The notes: a model not told the origin generated them from the sequence alone. A stretch of DNA of 32,000 bases from Bacillus subtilis subsp. subtilis str. 168 (GCF_000009045.1 NC_000964.3:1710001-1742000); one strand, 5' to 3'. Positions 1 through 10,525 are shown, counted from the first letter of the stretch. Made by a program: numbers and translations.

Positions 1-847
1 GAGAACATATCCCCCTCAAATTCCGGCGCAACAGGAGCTAGGTGATTTTTCAGCATATCAATCTGTACTTCCTGAGCCGCTGCGAAAAGCAGAAAAGCTT
101 TTGCAAGAAACAGGGATCAAAGAGTCTACGAAAACGAACACTCTGAAAAAATTGCTTCGCTTCTCTGTTGAAGCAGGCGGCTTGACTGAAGAAAATGTTG
201 TCGGCAAACTTCAGGAAATACTATGCGATATGCTGCCCTCAGCAGACAAGTGGCAGGAGCCAATTCATTCAAAATATATCGTTCTCTTTGGTTCAACAGG
301 GGCTGGTAAAACAACTACACTGGCTAAACTCGCAGCCATATCTATGCTTGAAAAACATAAAAAAATCGCTTTTATTACAACAGATACGTATCGTATTGCA
401 GCTGTTGAACAGTTGAAAACATACGCTGAACTGCTGCAGGCTCCTCTGGAAGTTTGCTATACAAAAGAAGAATTTCAGCAGGCGAAGGAGCTATTTTCTG
501 AGTATGATCATGTGTTTGTTGATACAGCTGGAAGAAACTTCAAAGACCCGCAATACATTGATGAACTGAAAGAAACGATTCCTTTTGAGAGCAGCATTCA
601 GTCATTTCTTGTTTTATCCGCGACTGCAAAATATGAAGATATGAAGCATATTGTCAAACGGTTTTCATCCGTCCCTGTCAATCAGTATATTTTTACGAAA
701 ATAGATGAAACGACTTCCTTAGGTTCTGTATTTAATATACTGGCAGAATCAAAAATAGGTGTCGGGTTTATGACTAACGGCCAGAATGTGCCTGAGGATA
801 TACAGACTGTATCTCCACTTGGTTTTGTGAGGATGCTGTGCAGATGA
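1..847 (+). CDS. flhF: Flagellar SRP-type GTPase FlhF, 5'-truncated by the window edge (frame open from nt 2)
   Basis: Frame +2 is open from nt 2, so the TTG at 101 in the ORF track is not the real start. The G-domain motifs [22 protein letters not shown] and TKIDET are typical of the FlhF/FtsY/Ffh family. The gene sits directly upstream of a MinD-like flhG. Confidence 0.93.
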
Positions 848-1734
848 ACAGATATGACCAAGCAGCAACTTTACGGGCGAAAATGGAAAAACGTGAGCGC
901 GTTCTGCCAATGGTTTATTCACAAAAAGCGAAGACACTTGCTGTCATCAGCGGCAAGGGCGGTGTCGGAAAATCCAATATTACCTTAAATATGGCACTTG
1001 CGCTGCAGGATAAAGGTAAGAAGGTGCTGCTCATCGACCTTGATATCGGGATGGGGAACATTGATATATTAATAGGAAATTCATCGTCTGCCACGATAAT
1101 CGATGTTTTAACCGATCGTAAGCCTTTGCTGCAGTCATTATCCGTTGGCCCAAAGGGTTTGCGGTATATATCAGGGGGAACCGGTCTTGATGTGATGTTT
1201 CAGCTCGATCAGAGAAAATGGACGTTTTTTGCCAATGAACTTTCTCATGCATTAAGCCAGTTCGATTATGTGCTGTTTGACATGGGAGCAGGCTTATCAA
1301 AAGATCAACTGCCTTTTATTTTATCAGCAGAAGATATTTTGATTATTACAACTCCCGAGCCGACGGCCATTATGGACGCATACAGCGCTGTCAAGCACTT
1401 GGTTTTGACAGAAAATAAGCTTTCAATGAAGGTGGCTGTCAATCGGTGCCGTGACCAAAAGGAAGGGCTTGACGCTTTTGCCCGCCTCTCCCGTACAATT
1501 CATATGTTTTTGGATGTTCAGGTTCAGTTTGCCGGTTCCGTTTCTGACGATGTGATCGTGAGCAAAGCGGTTGTCGAACAGGTTCCTTTTTTCATAAAAA
1601 GCCCTCAGGCAAAAGCCAGCCGGTCAGTCCGTATTTTAGCGGACGCCTTGTTTGAAAGAGAAGAAACGAGACACAAAGAAGACAAACAGACATTTATTGA
1701 GAAATTATCTTCTTTTTTAATGAGGAGGGCTTAA
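838..1734 (+). CDS. flhG: MinD/ParA-type flagellar number and placement ATPase FlhG (YlxH)
   Basis: Contains the deviant Walker A motif SGKGGVGKS and has MinD-like length. The GTG start overlaps the flhF stop by 10 nt, with GAGGA at 829-833. An ATG at 844 is an alternative start. Confidence 0.9.
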
Positions 1735-1735
1735 T

Positions 1736-2809
1736 TTGATTCGTGTGCTTGTAGTTGATGATTCAGCTTTTATGAGAAAAATGATAAGTGATTTTCTGAC
1801 CGAAGAAAAGCAGATAGAAGTAATCGGAACTGCGAGAAACGGAGAAGAAGCGCTTAAGAAGATTGAATTATTAAAACCGGATGTTATTACTCTTGATGTT
1901 GAAATGCCGGTCATGAATGGGACAGATACGCTCCGCAAAATTATTGAGATTTATAACTTGCCGGTCATTATGGTGTCTAGCCAGACCGAGAAAGGTAAAG
2001 AATGCACAATTAATTGTTTGGAGATCGGTGCCTTTGACTTTATCACAAAGCCATCAGGCTCAATATCTCTGGATCTATACAAAATTAAAGAACAACTAGT
2101 TGAGCGTGTCGTCGCGGCAGGACTTTCCGGCAAGCGGAAACGTCCTGTTTCCCAGACAGTTCGGCCCGAACCTATTGTGCGTGCTGTCGTTAAGCCTGAA
2201 TTAAGCAAACCGAAACCTGGCACGGGCAGACAAATTGTGTGTATCGGCACATCAACAGGCGGTCCACGGGCGTTACAAAAGGTGATACCGAAGCTCCCTA
2301 AGGATTTGAACGCACCAGTGGTTGTCGTTCAGCACATGCCTGAAGGGTTTACTGCTTCTTTGGCTGATCGGCTGAATCATTTATCTGACATTCAGGTAAA
2401 AGAAGCAAAAGATGGTGAAGCAGCTCTTAACGGCTGTGTTTACATAGCACCGGGCGGAAAAAACATATCCGTTATTAAAAACAGCGAAGGACTCCAGGTT
2501 GTGCTTGATAACCATGACACACCAAGCCGTCATAAACCATCTGCTGATTATTTATTCCGTTCTGTCGGGAAACTGACAGATTATGAAAAAGTAGCGGTTA
2601 TCATGACCGGAATGGGCAGTGACGGCACTGCTGGACTAAAGGACATGCTAACAGCCGGCAATGTGAAAGCCATTGCGGAGTCTGAAGAATCTTGTGTCGT
2701 ATACGGGATGCCAAAAGCTGCTGTTAAAGCGGGTCTCATTCATGAGATTAAACATGTGGAAGATATCGCAGCATCCATCACAAGCTGTGTGAAAAAAGAG
2801 AGGGTGTGA
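1736..2809 (+). CDS. cheB: Chemotaxis response regulator protein-glutamate methylesterase CheB
   Basis: N-terminal receiver domain (VLVVDDSAFMRKMI...DVEMP) plus a C-terminal methylesterase domain (GTSTGGPRAL, HMPEGFT, GMGSDG). The TTG start lies 1 nt after the flhG stop. Length is 357 aa. Confidence 0.95.
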   Translation: MIRVLVVDDSAFMRKMISDFLTEEKQIEVIGTARNGEEALKKIELLKPDVITLDVEMPVMNGTDTLRKIIEIYNLPVIMVSSQTEKGKECTINCLEIGAFDFITKPSGSISLDLYKIKEQLVERVVAAGLSGKRKRPVSQTVRPEPIVRAVVKPELSKPKPGTGRQIVCIGTSTGGPRALQKVIPKLPKDLNAPVVVVQHMPEGFTASLADRLNHLSDIQVKEAKDGEAALNGCVYIAPGGKNISVIKNSEGLQVVLDNHDTPSRHKPSADYLFRSVGKLTDYEKVAVIMTGMGSDGTAGLKDMLTAGNVKAIAESEESCVVYGMPKAAVKAGLIHEIKHVEDIAASITSCVKKERV

Positions 2810-2814
2810 TTCAA

Positions 2815-4833
2815 ATGGATATGAATCAGTATTTAGATGTCTTTATTGATGAGAGTAAAGAACATTTACAAACATGTAATGAAAAGCTTCTTCTTTTAGA
2901 GAAAGACCCGACTGATCTTCAGCTCGTACATGATATATTCAGGGCTGCCCATACATTAAAAGGAATGAGCGCAACGATGGGCTACACGGATTTAGCACAT
3001 CTTACCCATCTGCTTGAAAACGTGCTGGATGCAATCCGAAACGGAGACATGGAAGTCACCTCAGACTGGCTGGATATTTTGTTTGAAGCTCTGGATCACC
3101 TGGAAACAATGGTTCAGTCTATTATTGATGGCGGGGATGGTAAAAGAGATATCTCAGAAGTGAGTGCCAAGCTTGATGTGAATGGTGCGCACGCTGAATC
3201 CGCTGCCTCCGCTGAACCTGCAGAAGCACAGAGTTCAGCATCTGATTGGGAATATGATGAATTTGAACGCACAGTTATACAAGAAGCGGAGGAGCAAGGC
3301 TTCAAACGATATGAAATCAAGATTTCTCTGAACGAAAACTGTATGTTAAAAGCAGTTCGTGTCTATATGGTGTTTGAAAAACTAAATGAAGTCGGAGAAG
3401 TAGCCAAAACAATTCCAAGTGCTGAAGTGCTTGAAACAGAAGATTTTGGAACTGACTTTCAAGTTTGTTTCTTAACACATCAATCAGCGGAAGACATTGA
3501 ACAATTAATCAATGGCGTGTCGGAAATTGAGCATGTTGAAGTCATTCAAGGGGCTCCTTTAACATCAGCTGAAAAGCCTGAAGAATCTAAGCAAGAAGAT
3601 TCACCAGCAGCAGCTGTACCTGCGAAGCAGGAGAAACAAAAACAGCCTGCTAAAAACGATGAACAGGCGAAGCATTCAGCCGGCGGATCTAAAACAATTC
3701 GTGTCAACATTGACAGGCTTGATTCTTTAATGAACTTATTTGAAGAGCTTGTCATTGACCGCGGGCGTCTCGAGCAGATTGCGAAAGAGCTTGAGCATAA
3801 TGAACTGACTGAAACGGTTGAACGAATGACGAGAATTTCCGGAGATTTGCAATCGATTATTCTGAATATGAGAATGGTCCCGGTTGAAACTGTTTTTAAC
3901 AGATTCCCGAGAATGATTCGCCAGCTTCAGAAAGAGCTGAATAAAAAAATTGAACTCTCGATCATCGGTGCGGAAACTGAACTGGATCGTACAGTAATTG
4001 ATGAAATCGGAGATCCACTCGTTCACTTGATCAGAAACAGTATTGACCATGGTATCGAGGCGCCGGAAACACGTTTGCAAAAGGGAAAACCGGAATCAGG
4101 AAAAGTTGTGCTTAAAGCTTATCACAGCGGCAACCATGTCTTTATCGAAGTAGAGGATGACGGCGCAGGCCTTAATCGAAAAAAAATTCTGGAAAAAGCG
4201 CTTGAGCGCGGGGTCATAACGGAAAAAGAAGCTGAAACCTTAGAAGACAACCAAATTTACGAATTGATTTTTGCTCCGGGGTTCTCAACTGCTGACCAAA
4301 TTTCTGATATTTCCGGCCGCGGTGTAGGACTTGACGTTGTAAAAAACAAACTGGAGTCTCTTGGCGGTTCAGTCAGTGTGAAATCAGCCGAGGGTCAAGG
4401 CTCTCTATTCAGCATCCAGCTGCCGCTTACCTTGTCTATTATTTCAGTTCTGCTGATTAAGTTGGAAGAAGAGACATTTGCCATTCCGATTTCTTCAATC
4501 ATTGAGACAGCAGTTATTGACAGAAAAGACATTTTGCAAACGCATGACCGTGAAGTGATTGACTTTAGAGGGCATATTGTCCCTGTCGTTTATTTAAAAG
4601 AAGAGTTTAAAATAGAAGATACAAGAAAAGATGCGGAACAGCTCCATATCATTGTCGTGAAAAAAGGCGACAAACCTACTGCATTTGTGGTGGACTCCTT
4701 TATTGGCCAGCAGGAAGTTGTGCTGAAATCACTCGGAGATTATTTAACAAACGTCTTTGCAATTTCCGGAGCTACTATTTTAGGAGACGGAGAAGTAGCG
4801 CTCATTATTGATTGTAATGCACTGATTATTTAA
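2815..4833 (+). CDS. cheA: Chemotaxis histidine kinase CheA
   Basis: Has an HPt motif (AAHTLKGMSATMG), kinase N/G boxes (DHGIE, DDGAGL, GRGVGLDVV) and a C-terminal CheW-like domain. I chose the ATG at 2815 (672 aa), which is about 10 nt from GAGAGGG. I rejected the track's GTG at 2806, which overlaps the cheB stop. Confidence 0.95.
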   Translation: MDMNQYLDVFIDESKEHLQTCNEKLLLLEKDPTDLQLVHDIFRAAHTLKGMSATMGYTDLAHLTHLLENVLDAIRNGDMEVTSDWLDILFEALDHLETMVQSIIDGGDGKRDISEVSAKLDVNGAHAESAASAEPAEAQSSASDWEYDEFERTVIQEAEEQGFKRYEIKISLNENCMLKAVRVYMVFEKLNEVGEVAKTIPSAEVLETEDFGTDFQVCFLTHQSAEDIEQLINGVSEIEHVEVIQGAPLTSAEKPEESKQEDSPAAAVPAKQEKQKQPAKNDEQAKHSAGGSKTIRVNIDRLDSLMNLFEELVIDRGRLEQIAKELEHNELTETVERMTRISGDLQSIILNMRMVPVETVFNRFPRMIRQLQKELNKKIELSIIGAETELDRTVIDEIGDPLVHLIRNSIDHGIEAPETRLQKGKPESGKVVLKAYHSGNHVFIEVEDDGAGLNRKKILEKALERGVITEKEAETLEDNQIYELIFAPGFSTADQISDISGRGVGLDVVKNKLESLGGSVSVKSAEGQGSLFSIQLPLTLSIISVLLIKLEEETFAIPISSIIETAVIDRKDILQTHDREVIDFRGHIVPVVYLKEEFKIEDTRKDAEQLHIIVVKKGDKPTAFVVDSFIGQQEVVLKSLGDYLTNVFAISGATILGDGEVALIIDCNALII

Positions 4834-4854
4834 CCATTCGAGGAGGTGTCTCAC

Positions 4855-5325
4855 ATGACTGCAGAAATTAAAACAGGCGAAAAAATGATAGTCTTTATGG
4901 TAAATGGCAAAGAATATGCCATTTCCGTCACTCAGGTGAAATCAATTGAAAAATGGCAAAAGCCAACGAGGGTACCTGGCGTCGAACCATATATTTGCGG
5001 GGTAATCAATTTACGCGGGGTGGTGACTCCGGTTATTGATTTAAGAAAACGCCTGAATTTGCCAGAGTATGAAATTACAGATGAAACACGAATTATCATT
5101 ATTGCTTATCGTGATATTGAAGTCGGCTGGATTGTGGATGAAGCGAATGATGTGATTACCGTACACGAAAGTGAAATAGAATCTGCTCCAGAAGGCGTTC
5201 AGAAAGATACGGATGTGTCGATCGAACAGATTGTGAAACAAGAGAACAGACTCTTAAATATTATTGATGCGAACGCGGTTTTGGATAAAGAATCATCTCA
5301 GTCCGCTGTGCCCGATCAAGCTTAA
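4855..5325 (+). CDS. cheW: Chemotaxis coupling protein CheW
   Basis: CheW-like domain, 156 aa. AGGAGG at 4841-4846 lies 8 nt upstream of the ATG at 4855. The track's GTG at 4846 overlaps that SD, so it is rejected. Confidence 0.94.
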   Translation: MTAEIKTGEKMIVFMVNGKEYAISVTQVKSIEKWQKPTRVPGVEPYICGVINLRGVVTPVIDLRKRLNLPEYEITDETRIIIIAYRDIEVGWIVDEANDVITVHESEIESAPEGVQKDTDVSIEQIVKQENRLLNIIDANAVLDKESSQSAVPDQA

Positions 5326-5343
5326 TCTTAAAGGGGTTATGAC

Positions 5344-5973
5344 ATGAGTATTTTTAATGGAATCAAAGAAGAGCAGATGGACATTTTGCGGGAAGTCGGC
5401 AATATAGGCGCCGGCCACTCCGCCTCTGCAATGGCCCAGCTGTTAAATAGAAAGATAGATATGGAAGTCCCATTTGCAAAGCTGCTGTCTTTTGATGAGC
5501 TTGTTGATTTTTTCGGCGGCGCCGATGTCCCGGTTGCCAGCATCTTTTTAAGAATGGAAGGCGATTTAACGGGTTCAATGTTCTTTATAATGCCTTTTTT
5601 TCAGGCGGAGCAGTTTATCAGAGAGCTGATTGGAAACCCCGATTTTGACATAGAGGACTTAGGTGAAGACCACATGAGCTCATCCGCTTTGCATGAACTG
5701 GGCAATATTTTAGCGGGGTCATATTTAACAGCTTTGGCGGATTTGACGAAACTCCAGCTCTATCCAAGTGTTCCTGAAGTCTCATTGGACATGTTCGGAG
5801 CTGTGATCAGCGAAGGGCTGATGGAGCTCAGTCAGGTTGGAGAACACGCCATTGTTGTCGACACGTCAATTTTTGACCAAAGCCATCAGCAGGAGCTGAA
5901 AGCGCATATGTTTATGCTGCCGGACTATGATTCATTTGAAAAGCTCTTTGTCGCCTTAGGTGCATCATTATGA
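5344..5973 (+). CDS. cheC: CheY-P phosphatase CheC
   Basis: Shows the two internal CheC/FliY-type repeats (EVGNIGAGHSASAMAQLL and ELGNILAGSYLTALADL). Length is 209 aa, located between cheW and cheD. Confidence 0.94.
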   Translation: MSIFNGIKEEQMDILREVGNIGAGHSASAMAQLLNRKIDMEVPFAKLLSFDELVDFFGGADVPVASIFLRMEGDLTGSMFFIMPFFQAEQFIRELIGNPDFDIEDLGEDHMSSSALHELGNILAGSYLTALADLTKLQLYPSVPEVSLDMFGAVISEGLMELSQVGEHAIVVDTSIFDQSHQQELKAHMFMLPDYDSFEKLFVALGASL

Positions 5974-6470
5974 GTACAACTGAGGCTGTTGTTATAAAGG
6001 TTGGGATTGCTGACGTGAAGATCGCCCGCTTCCCGGATACCATCCGGACCTCTGGTTTGGGCTCATGTGTGGGGCTGGTGCTTTATGATAAAGAAAAGCA
6101 AACGGCGGGTCTTGTTCATGTCATGCTTCCGGATTCGACGTTATCGAAAACTGCCGAGCTCAACCGGGCTAAGTACGCTGACACCGCCGTACAGACCACG
6201 ATTGATATGCTGATAGAAGCGGGATGCCGGAAATTTGCATTAAAAGCAAAGCTGGCCGGCGGATCAGAGATGTTTAAATTTAAATCGACAAATGATTTGA
6301 TGAAGATCGGACCGAGAAATGTATTAGCGATAAAAGAACAGCTGTCTTTATTTAATATTCCTATTATTAGTGAAGATACGGGCGGCTCAAGCGGCCGGAC
6401 GATAGAATTTGAACCGAAGTCCTGCATGCTGCATATTCGAACTGTTAAACAAGGTGAAAAAACGATTTAA
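5970..6470 (+). CDS. cheD: Chemoreceptor glutamine deamidase CheD
   Basis: Contains the CheD signature GLGSCVGLVLYD. Its start overlaps the cheC stop in an ATGA junction. Length is 166 aa. Confidence 0.94.
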   Translation: MSTTEAVVIKVGIADVKIARFPDTIRTSGLGSCVGLVLYDKEKQTAGLVHVMLPDSTLSKTAELNRAKYADTAVQTTIDMLIEAGCRKFALKAKLAGGSEMFKFKSTNDLMKIGPRNVLAIKEQLSLFNIPIISEDTGGSSGRTIEFEPKSCMLHIRTVKQGEKTI

Positions 6471-6492
6471 TTAAGGTATTAGGGGGATAACA

Positions 6493-7257
6493 ATGCAATC
6501 CTTGAATTATGAAGATCAGGTGCTTTGGACGCGCTGGAAAGAGTGGAAAGATCCTAAAGCCGGTGACGACTTAATGCGCCGTTACATGCCGCTTGTCACA
6601 TATCATGTAGGCAGAATTTCTGTCGGACTGCCGAAATCAGTGCATAAAGACGATCTTATGAGCCTTGGTATGCTTGGTTTATATGATGCCCTTGAAAAAT
6701 TTGACCCCAGCCGGGACTTAAAATTTGATACCTACGCCTCGTTTAGAATTCGCGGCGCAATCATAGACGGGCTTCGTAAAGAAGATTGGCTGCCCAGAAC
6801 CTCGCGCGAAAAAACAAAAAAGGTTGAAGCAGCAATTGAAAAGCTTGAACAGCGGTATCTTCGGAATGTATCGCCCGCGGAAATTGCAGAGGAACTCGGA
6901 ATGACGGTACAGGATGTCGTGTCAACAATGAATGAAGGTTTTTTTGCAAATCTGCTGTCAATTGATGAAAAGCTCCATGATCAAGATGACGGGGAAAACA
7001 TTCAAGTCATGATCAGAGATGACAAAAATGTTCCGCCTGAAGAAAAGATTATGAAGGATGAACTGATTGCACAGCTTGCGGAAAAAATTCACGAACTCTC
7101 TGAAAAAGAACAGCTGGTTGTCAGTTTGTTCTACAAAGAGGAGTTGACACTGACAGAAATCGGACAAGTATTAAATCTTTCTACGTCCCGCATATCTCAG
7201 ATCCATTCAAAGGCATTATTTAAATTAAAGAATCTGCTGGAAAAAGTGATACAATAA
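6493..7257 (+). CDS. sigD: Flagellar/motility alternative sigma factor SigD (sigma-28 family)
   Basis: Sigma-70 family region 2 (YMPLVTYHVGRI, FDTYASFRIRGAI) and region 4 HTH (LTLTEIGQVLNLSTSRISQIHSKAL). GGGGGA SD upstream. Length is 254 aa. Confidence 0.96.
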   Translation: MQSLNYEDQVLWTRWKEWKDPKAGDDLMRRYMPLVTYHVGRISVGLPKSVHKDDLMSLGMLGLYDALEKFDPSRDLKFDTYASFRIRGAIIDGLRKEDWLPRTSREKTKKVEAAIEKLEQRYLRNVSPAEIAEELGMTVQDVVSTMNEGFFANLLSIDEKLHDQDDGENIQVMIRDDKNVPPEEKIMKDELIAQLAEKIHELSEKEQLVVSLFYKEELTLTEIGQVLNLSTSRISQIHSKALFKLKNLLEKVIQ

Positions 7258-7285
7258 TGAATTTCATGGTTAGCGAGTGAAAAAC

Positions 7286-7789
7286 ATGTCAACACTATTA
7301 TGGCTTTTAAGCTTTATGCTCCACGGCGTTCTTCTGTACGCTGTCATTATCCTGTATACGAGGCTCGCTGCAGTGAAAGAAACAGAAAAACAGCAAAAAC
7401 AGATACTTGAAGAGACGGAAAACACCTTGGCGGCATTTCTGCTTGAATTAAAAGAAGAAAATGAGAAACTGATAGAAAATAAAGCTTCATCTGCAAGTCA
7501 ATCAGATGAAGAATCCCAAAAGTCAGGCCTTCAGACCTCTGAAACATATCAAGAGCGGGATCCAGTCCAAGAGGCAGAGAATCTTCCTGAACATATTGAA
7601 GGTCTGATTACAGAGGTTGACCGTCGGGAAGAGCTCGTAAACAGTGAGGTCCAATCATTTGAAGACCAGGTCATAGAATTATATGAACAGGGATATTCGG
7701 CAAGTCAAATTGCCCAGAAAATGAAGAGCGGAAAGACAGAAATCGAGCTATTTTTAAAATTTCGCTCCAAAGGTGTAAAGGATTCTTGA
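7286..7789 (+). CDS. swrB: Swarming/flagellar export activator SwrB (YlxL), with an N-terminal membrane anchor
   Basis: Last ORF of the fla/che operon, directly after sigD. It has a hydrophobic N-terminus (LLWLLSFMLHGVLLYAVIILY), an acidic linker and a short C-terminal helical segment. I chose the ATG at 7286; the GTG at 7277 in the ORF track is an alternative. Neither start has a strong SD. Confidence 0.85.
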   Translation: MSTLLWLLSFMLHGVLLYAVIILYTRLAAVKETEKQQKQILEETENTLAAFLLELKEENEKLIENKASSASQSDEESQKSGLQTSETYQERDPVQEAENLPEHIEGLITEVDRREELVNSEVQSFEDQVIELYEQGYSASQIAQKMKSGKTEIELFLKFRSKGVKDS

Positions 7790-7814
7790 TTGTCGGATAA
7801 AGCTGTGTTATATT
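7786..7814 (+). promoter_or_regulatory. Candidate SigA promoter for rpsB-tsf
   Basis: TTGATT (7786-7791), a 17-nt spacer, then an extended -10 TGtTATATT (7806-7814). It lies about 120 nt upstream of the rpsB ATG and overlaps the swrB stop codon. Confidence 0.6.
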
Positions 7815-7890
7815 ATGTCTTGGTGTTAAATACACACGCTTAACGATTTATGCAGAGGGTGCTGCAGGCGGCAGTTCTGTACAAAAATGA

Positions 7891-8673
<783 letters not shown>

Positions 8674-8680
8674 CCTATTC

Positions 8681-8720
8681 AAAAGGTGATAAGAGGGACT
8701 GCCTTTTATCACCTTTTTTC
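8681..8720 (+). terminator. Intrinsic terminator/attenuator between rpsB and tsf
   Basis: Perfect 12-bp stem AAAAGGTGATAA (8681-8692) paired with TTATCACCTTTT (8706-8717), with the T-run extending to 8719. Confidence 0.75.
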
Positions 8721-8774
8721 AAGAAAAATGTGTAATATACATACTCTTGTTTAAACATATAAGGAGGAATACAA

Positions 8775-9656
8775 ATGGCAATTACTGCACAGCAAGTAAA
8801 AGAACTGCGTGAAAAAACTGGCGCGGGCATGATGGATTGTAAAAAAGCGTTAACTGAAACTGACGGAGATATGGACAAAGCAATTGACCTTTTAAGAGAA
8901 AAAGGAATTGCAAAAGCAGCGAAAAAAGCTGACCGTATCGCAGCAGAAGGTTCTACTCTTATTAAAACTGACGGCAACAAAGGCGTTATCCTAGAAGTAA
9001 ACTCTGAAACTGATTTCGTTGCGAAAAACGAAGGTTTTAAAGAGCTTCTTAACACTTTAGCTGACCACCTTCTTGCAAACACGCCAGCTGATGTTGAAGA
9101 AGCAATGGGCCAAAAAATGGAAAATGGCTCAACTGTTGAAGAGTACATCACAAGCGCAGTTGCTAAAATCGGTGAGAAAATCACTCTTCGCCGCTTTACA
9201 GTTCTTACAAAAGACGACAGCTCTGCATTCGGTGCGTACCTTCACATGGGCGGCCGCATCGGTGTATTAACTGTTCTCAACGGTACAACTGATGAAGAAA
9301 CTGCGAAAGATATCGCAATGCACGTTGCTGCAGTTAACCCTCGTTACATTTCTCGTGATCAAGTATCTGAAGAAGAAACAAATCATGAGCGTCAAATCTT
9401 AACTCAGCAAGCCCTCCAAGAAGGCAAACCTGAAAACATCGTAGCGAAAATGGTTGAAGGCCGTCTGAACAAATTCTTCGAAGAAATTTGTCTATTAGAC
9501 CAAGCGTTCGTTAAAAACCCAGATGAAAAAGTGAAACAAGTTATTGCAGCGAAAAACGCTACTGTTCAAACTTTTGTCCGCTATGAAGTTGGAGAAGGCA
9601 TCGAAAAACGTCAAGAAAACTTTGCTGAAGAAGTAATGAACCAAGTGAAAAAATAA
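8775..9656 (+). CDS. tsf: Elongation factor Ts
   Basis: N-terminal UBA-like EF-Ts signature ([22 protein letters not shown]). AAGGAGG SD upstream. Length is 293 aa. Confidence 0.98.
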   Translation: MAITAQQVKELREKTGAGMMDCKKALTETDGDMDKAIDLLREKGIAKAAKKADRIAAEGSTLIKTDGNKGVILEVNSETDFVAKNEGFKELLNTLADHLLANTPADVEEAMGQKMENGSTVEEYITSAVAKIGEKITLRRFTVLTKDDSSAFGAYLHMGGRIGVLTVLNGTTDEETAKDIAMHVAAVNPRYISRDQVSEEETNHERQILTQQALQEGKPENIVAKMVEGRLNKFFEEICLLDQAFVKNPDEKVKQVIAAKNATVQTFVRYEVGEGIEKRQENFAEEVMNQVKK

Positions 9657-9700
9657 TGGTGAAAAGATTTCGCGGCTAAGTCGCGTCTTTTCAGGCAGTA

Positions 9701-9730
9701 TAGGGGACACATTTTGTGTTCCCTATTTTT
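9701..9730 (+). terminator. Intrinsic terminator after tsf
   Basis: 10-bp stem TAGGGGACAC (9701-9710) paired with GTGTTCCCTA (9716-9725, one G.U pair), a 5-nt loop, then TTTTT (9726-9730). Confidence 0.75.
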
Positions 9731-9740
9731 AAAACTATAT

Positions 9741-9769
9741 TTACAAACCTTTTTTTCTCTTGCATAATA
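9741..9769 (+). promoter_or_regulatory. Candidate SigA promoter for pyrH-frr
   Basis: TTACAA (9741-9746) followed after 16-17 nt by TGcATAATA (9761-9769). It is about 35 nt upstream of the pyrH start. Confidence 0.4.
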
Positions 9770-9801
9770 GAAAACGGCAATGTTTACACTTGGAGGTTAT
9801 C

Positions 9802-10524
9802 ATGGAAAAACCAAAATACAAACGTATCGTATTAAAGCTTAGCGGGGAAGCATTGGCAGGAGAACAGGGAAATGGAATTAACCCGACTGTCATTCAATCC
9901 ATTGCAAAGCAAGTGAAGGAAATCGCTGAGCTTGAAGTCGAAGTGGCTGTTGTTGTAGGCGGCGGCAACTTATGGCGCGGAAAAACAGGAAGTGACCTGG
10001 GCATGGACCGCGCGACTGCTGACTATATGGGAATGCTGGCGACAGTAATGAATTCGCTTGCTCTTCAAGACAGCTTGGAAACACTCGGAATCCAGTCCAG
10101 AGTGCAAACATCCATTGAAATGAGACAAGTTGCTGAACCGTACATAAGAAGAAAAGCGATACGCCACTTAGAGAAAAAACGTGTCGTTATTTTCGCTGCG
10201 GGCACAGGAAACCCATATTTCTCAACTGATACGACAGCTGCACTGCGGGCTGCTGAAATTGAGGCAGACGTTATTTTAATGGCTAAAAATAACGTTGACG
10301 GTGTGTATAATGCTGATCCTAGAAAAGATGAATCAGCTGTTAAGTATGAATCACTTTCTTATCTTGACGTTCTTAAAGACGGCCTGGAAGTCATGGATTC
10401 AACAGCTTCCTCTTTATGCATGGACAATGACATTCCGCTTATCGTCTTTTCTATTATGGAAGAAGGAAATATCAAACGTGCCGTTATCGGTGAATCAATC
10501 GGAACGATCGTGAGGGGGAAATAA
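9802..10524 (+). CDS. pyrH: Uridylate (UMP) kinase
   Basis: Amino-acid kinase fold motifs [12 protein letters not shown] and [11 protein letters not shown]. The ATG at 9802 lies behind GGAGG (9792-9796) and gives 240 aa. The track's TTG at 9760 falls inside the putative promoter and is rejected. Confidence 0.95.
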
Positions 10525-10525
10525 C

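Noticed and set aside
8675-9184. 169-aa ORF on the minus strand, antisense to the tsf 5' half and the rpsB-tsf gap
   Set aside because: It overlaps a clearly identified, highly conserved gene. It has no SD and a low-complexity S/F/A-rich composition typical of the antisense frame of a codon-biased gene. It resembles no protein family I recognise.
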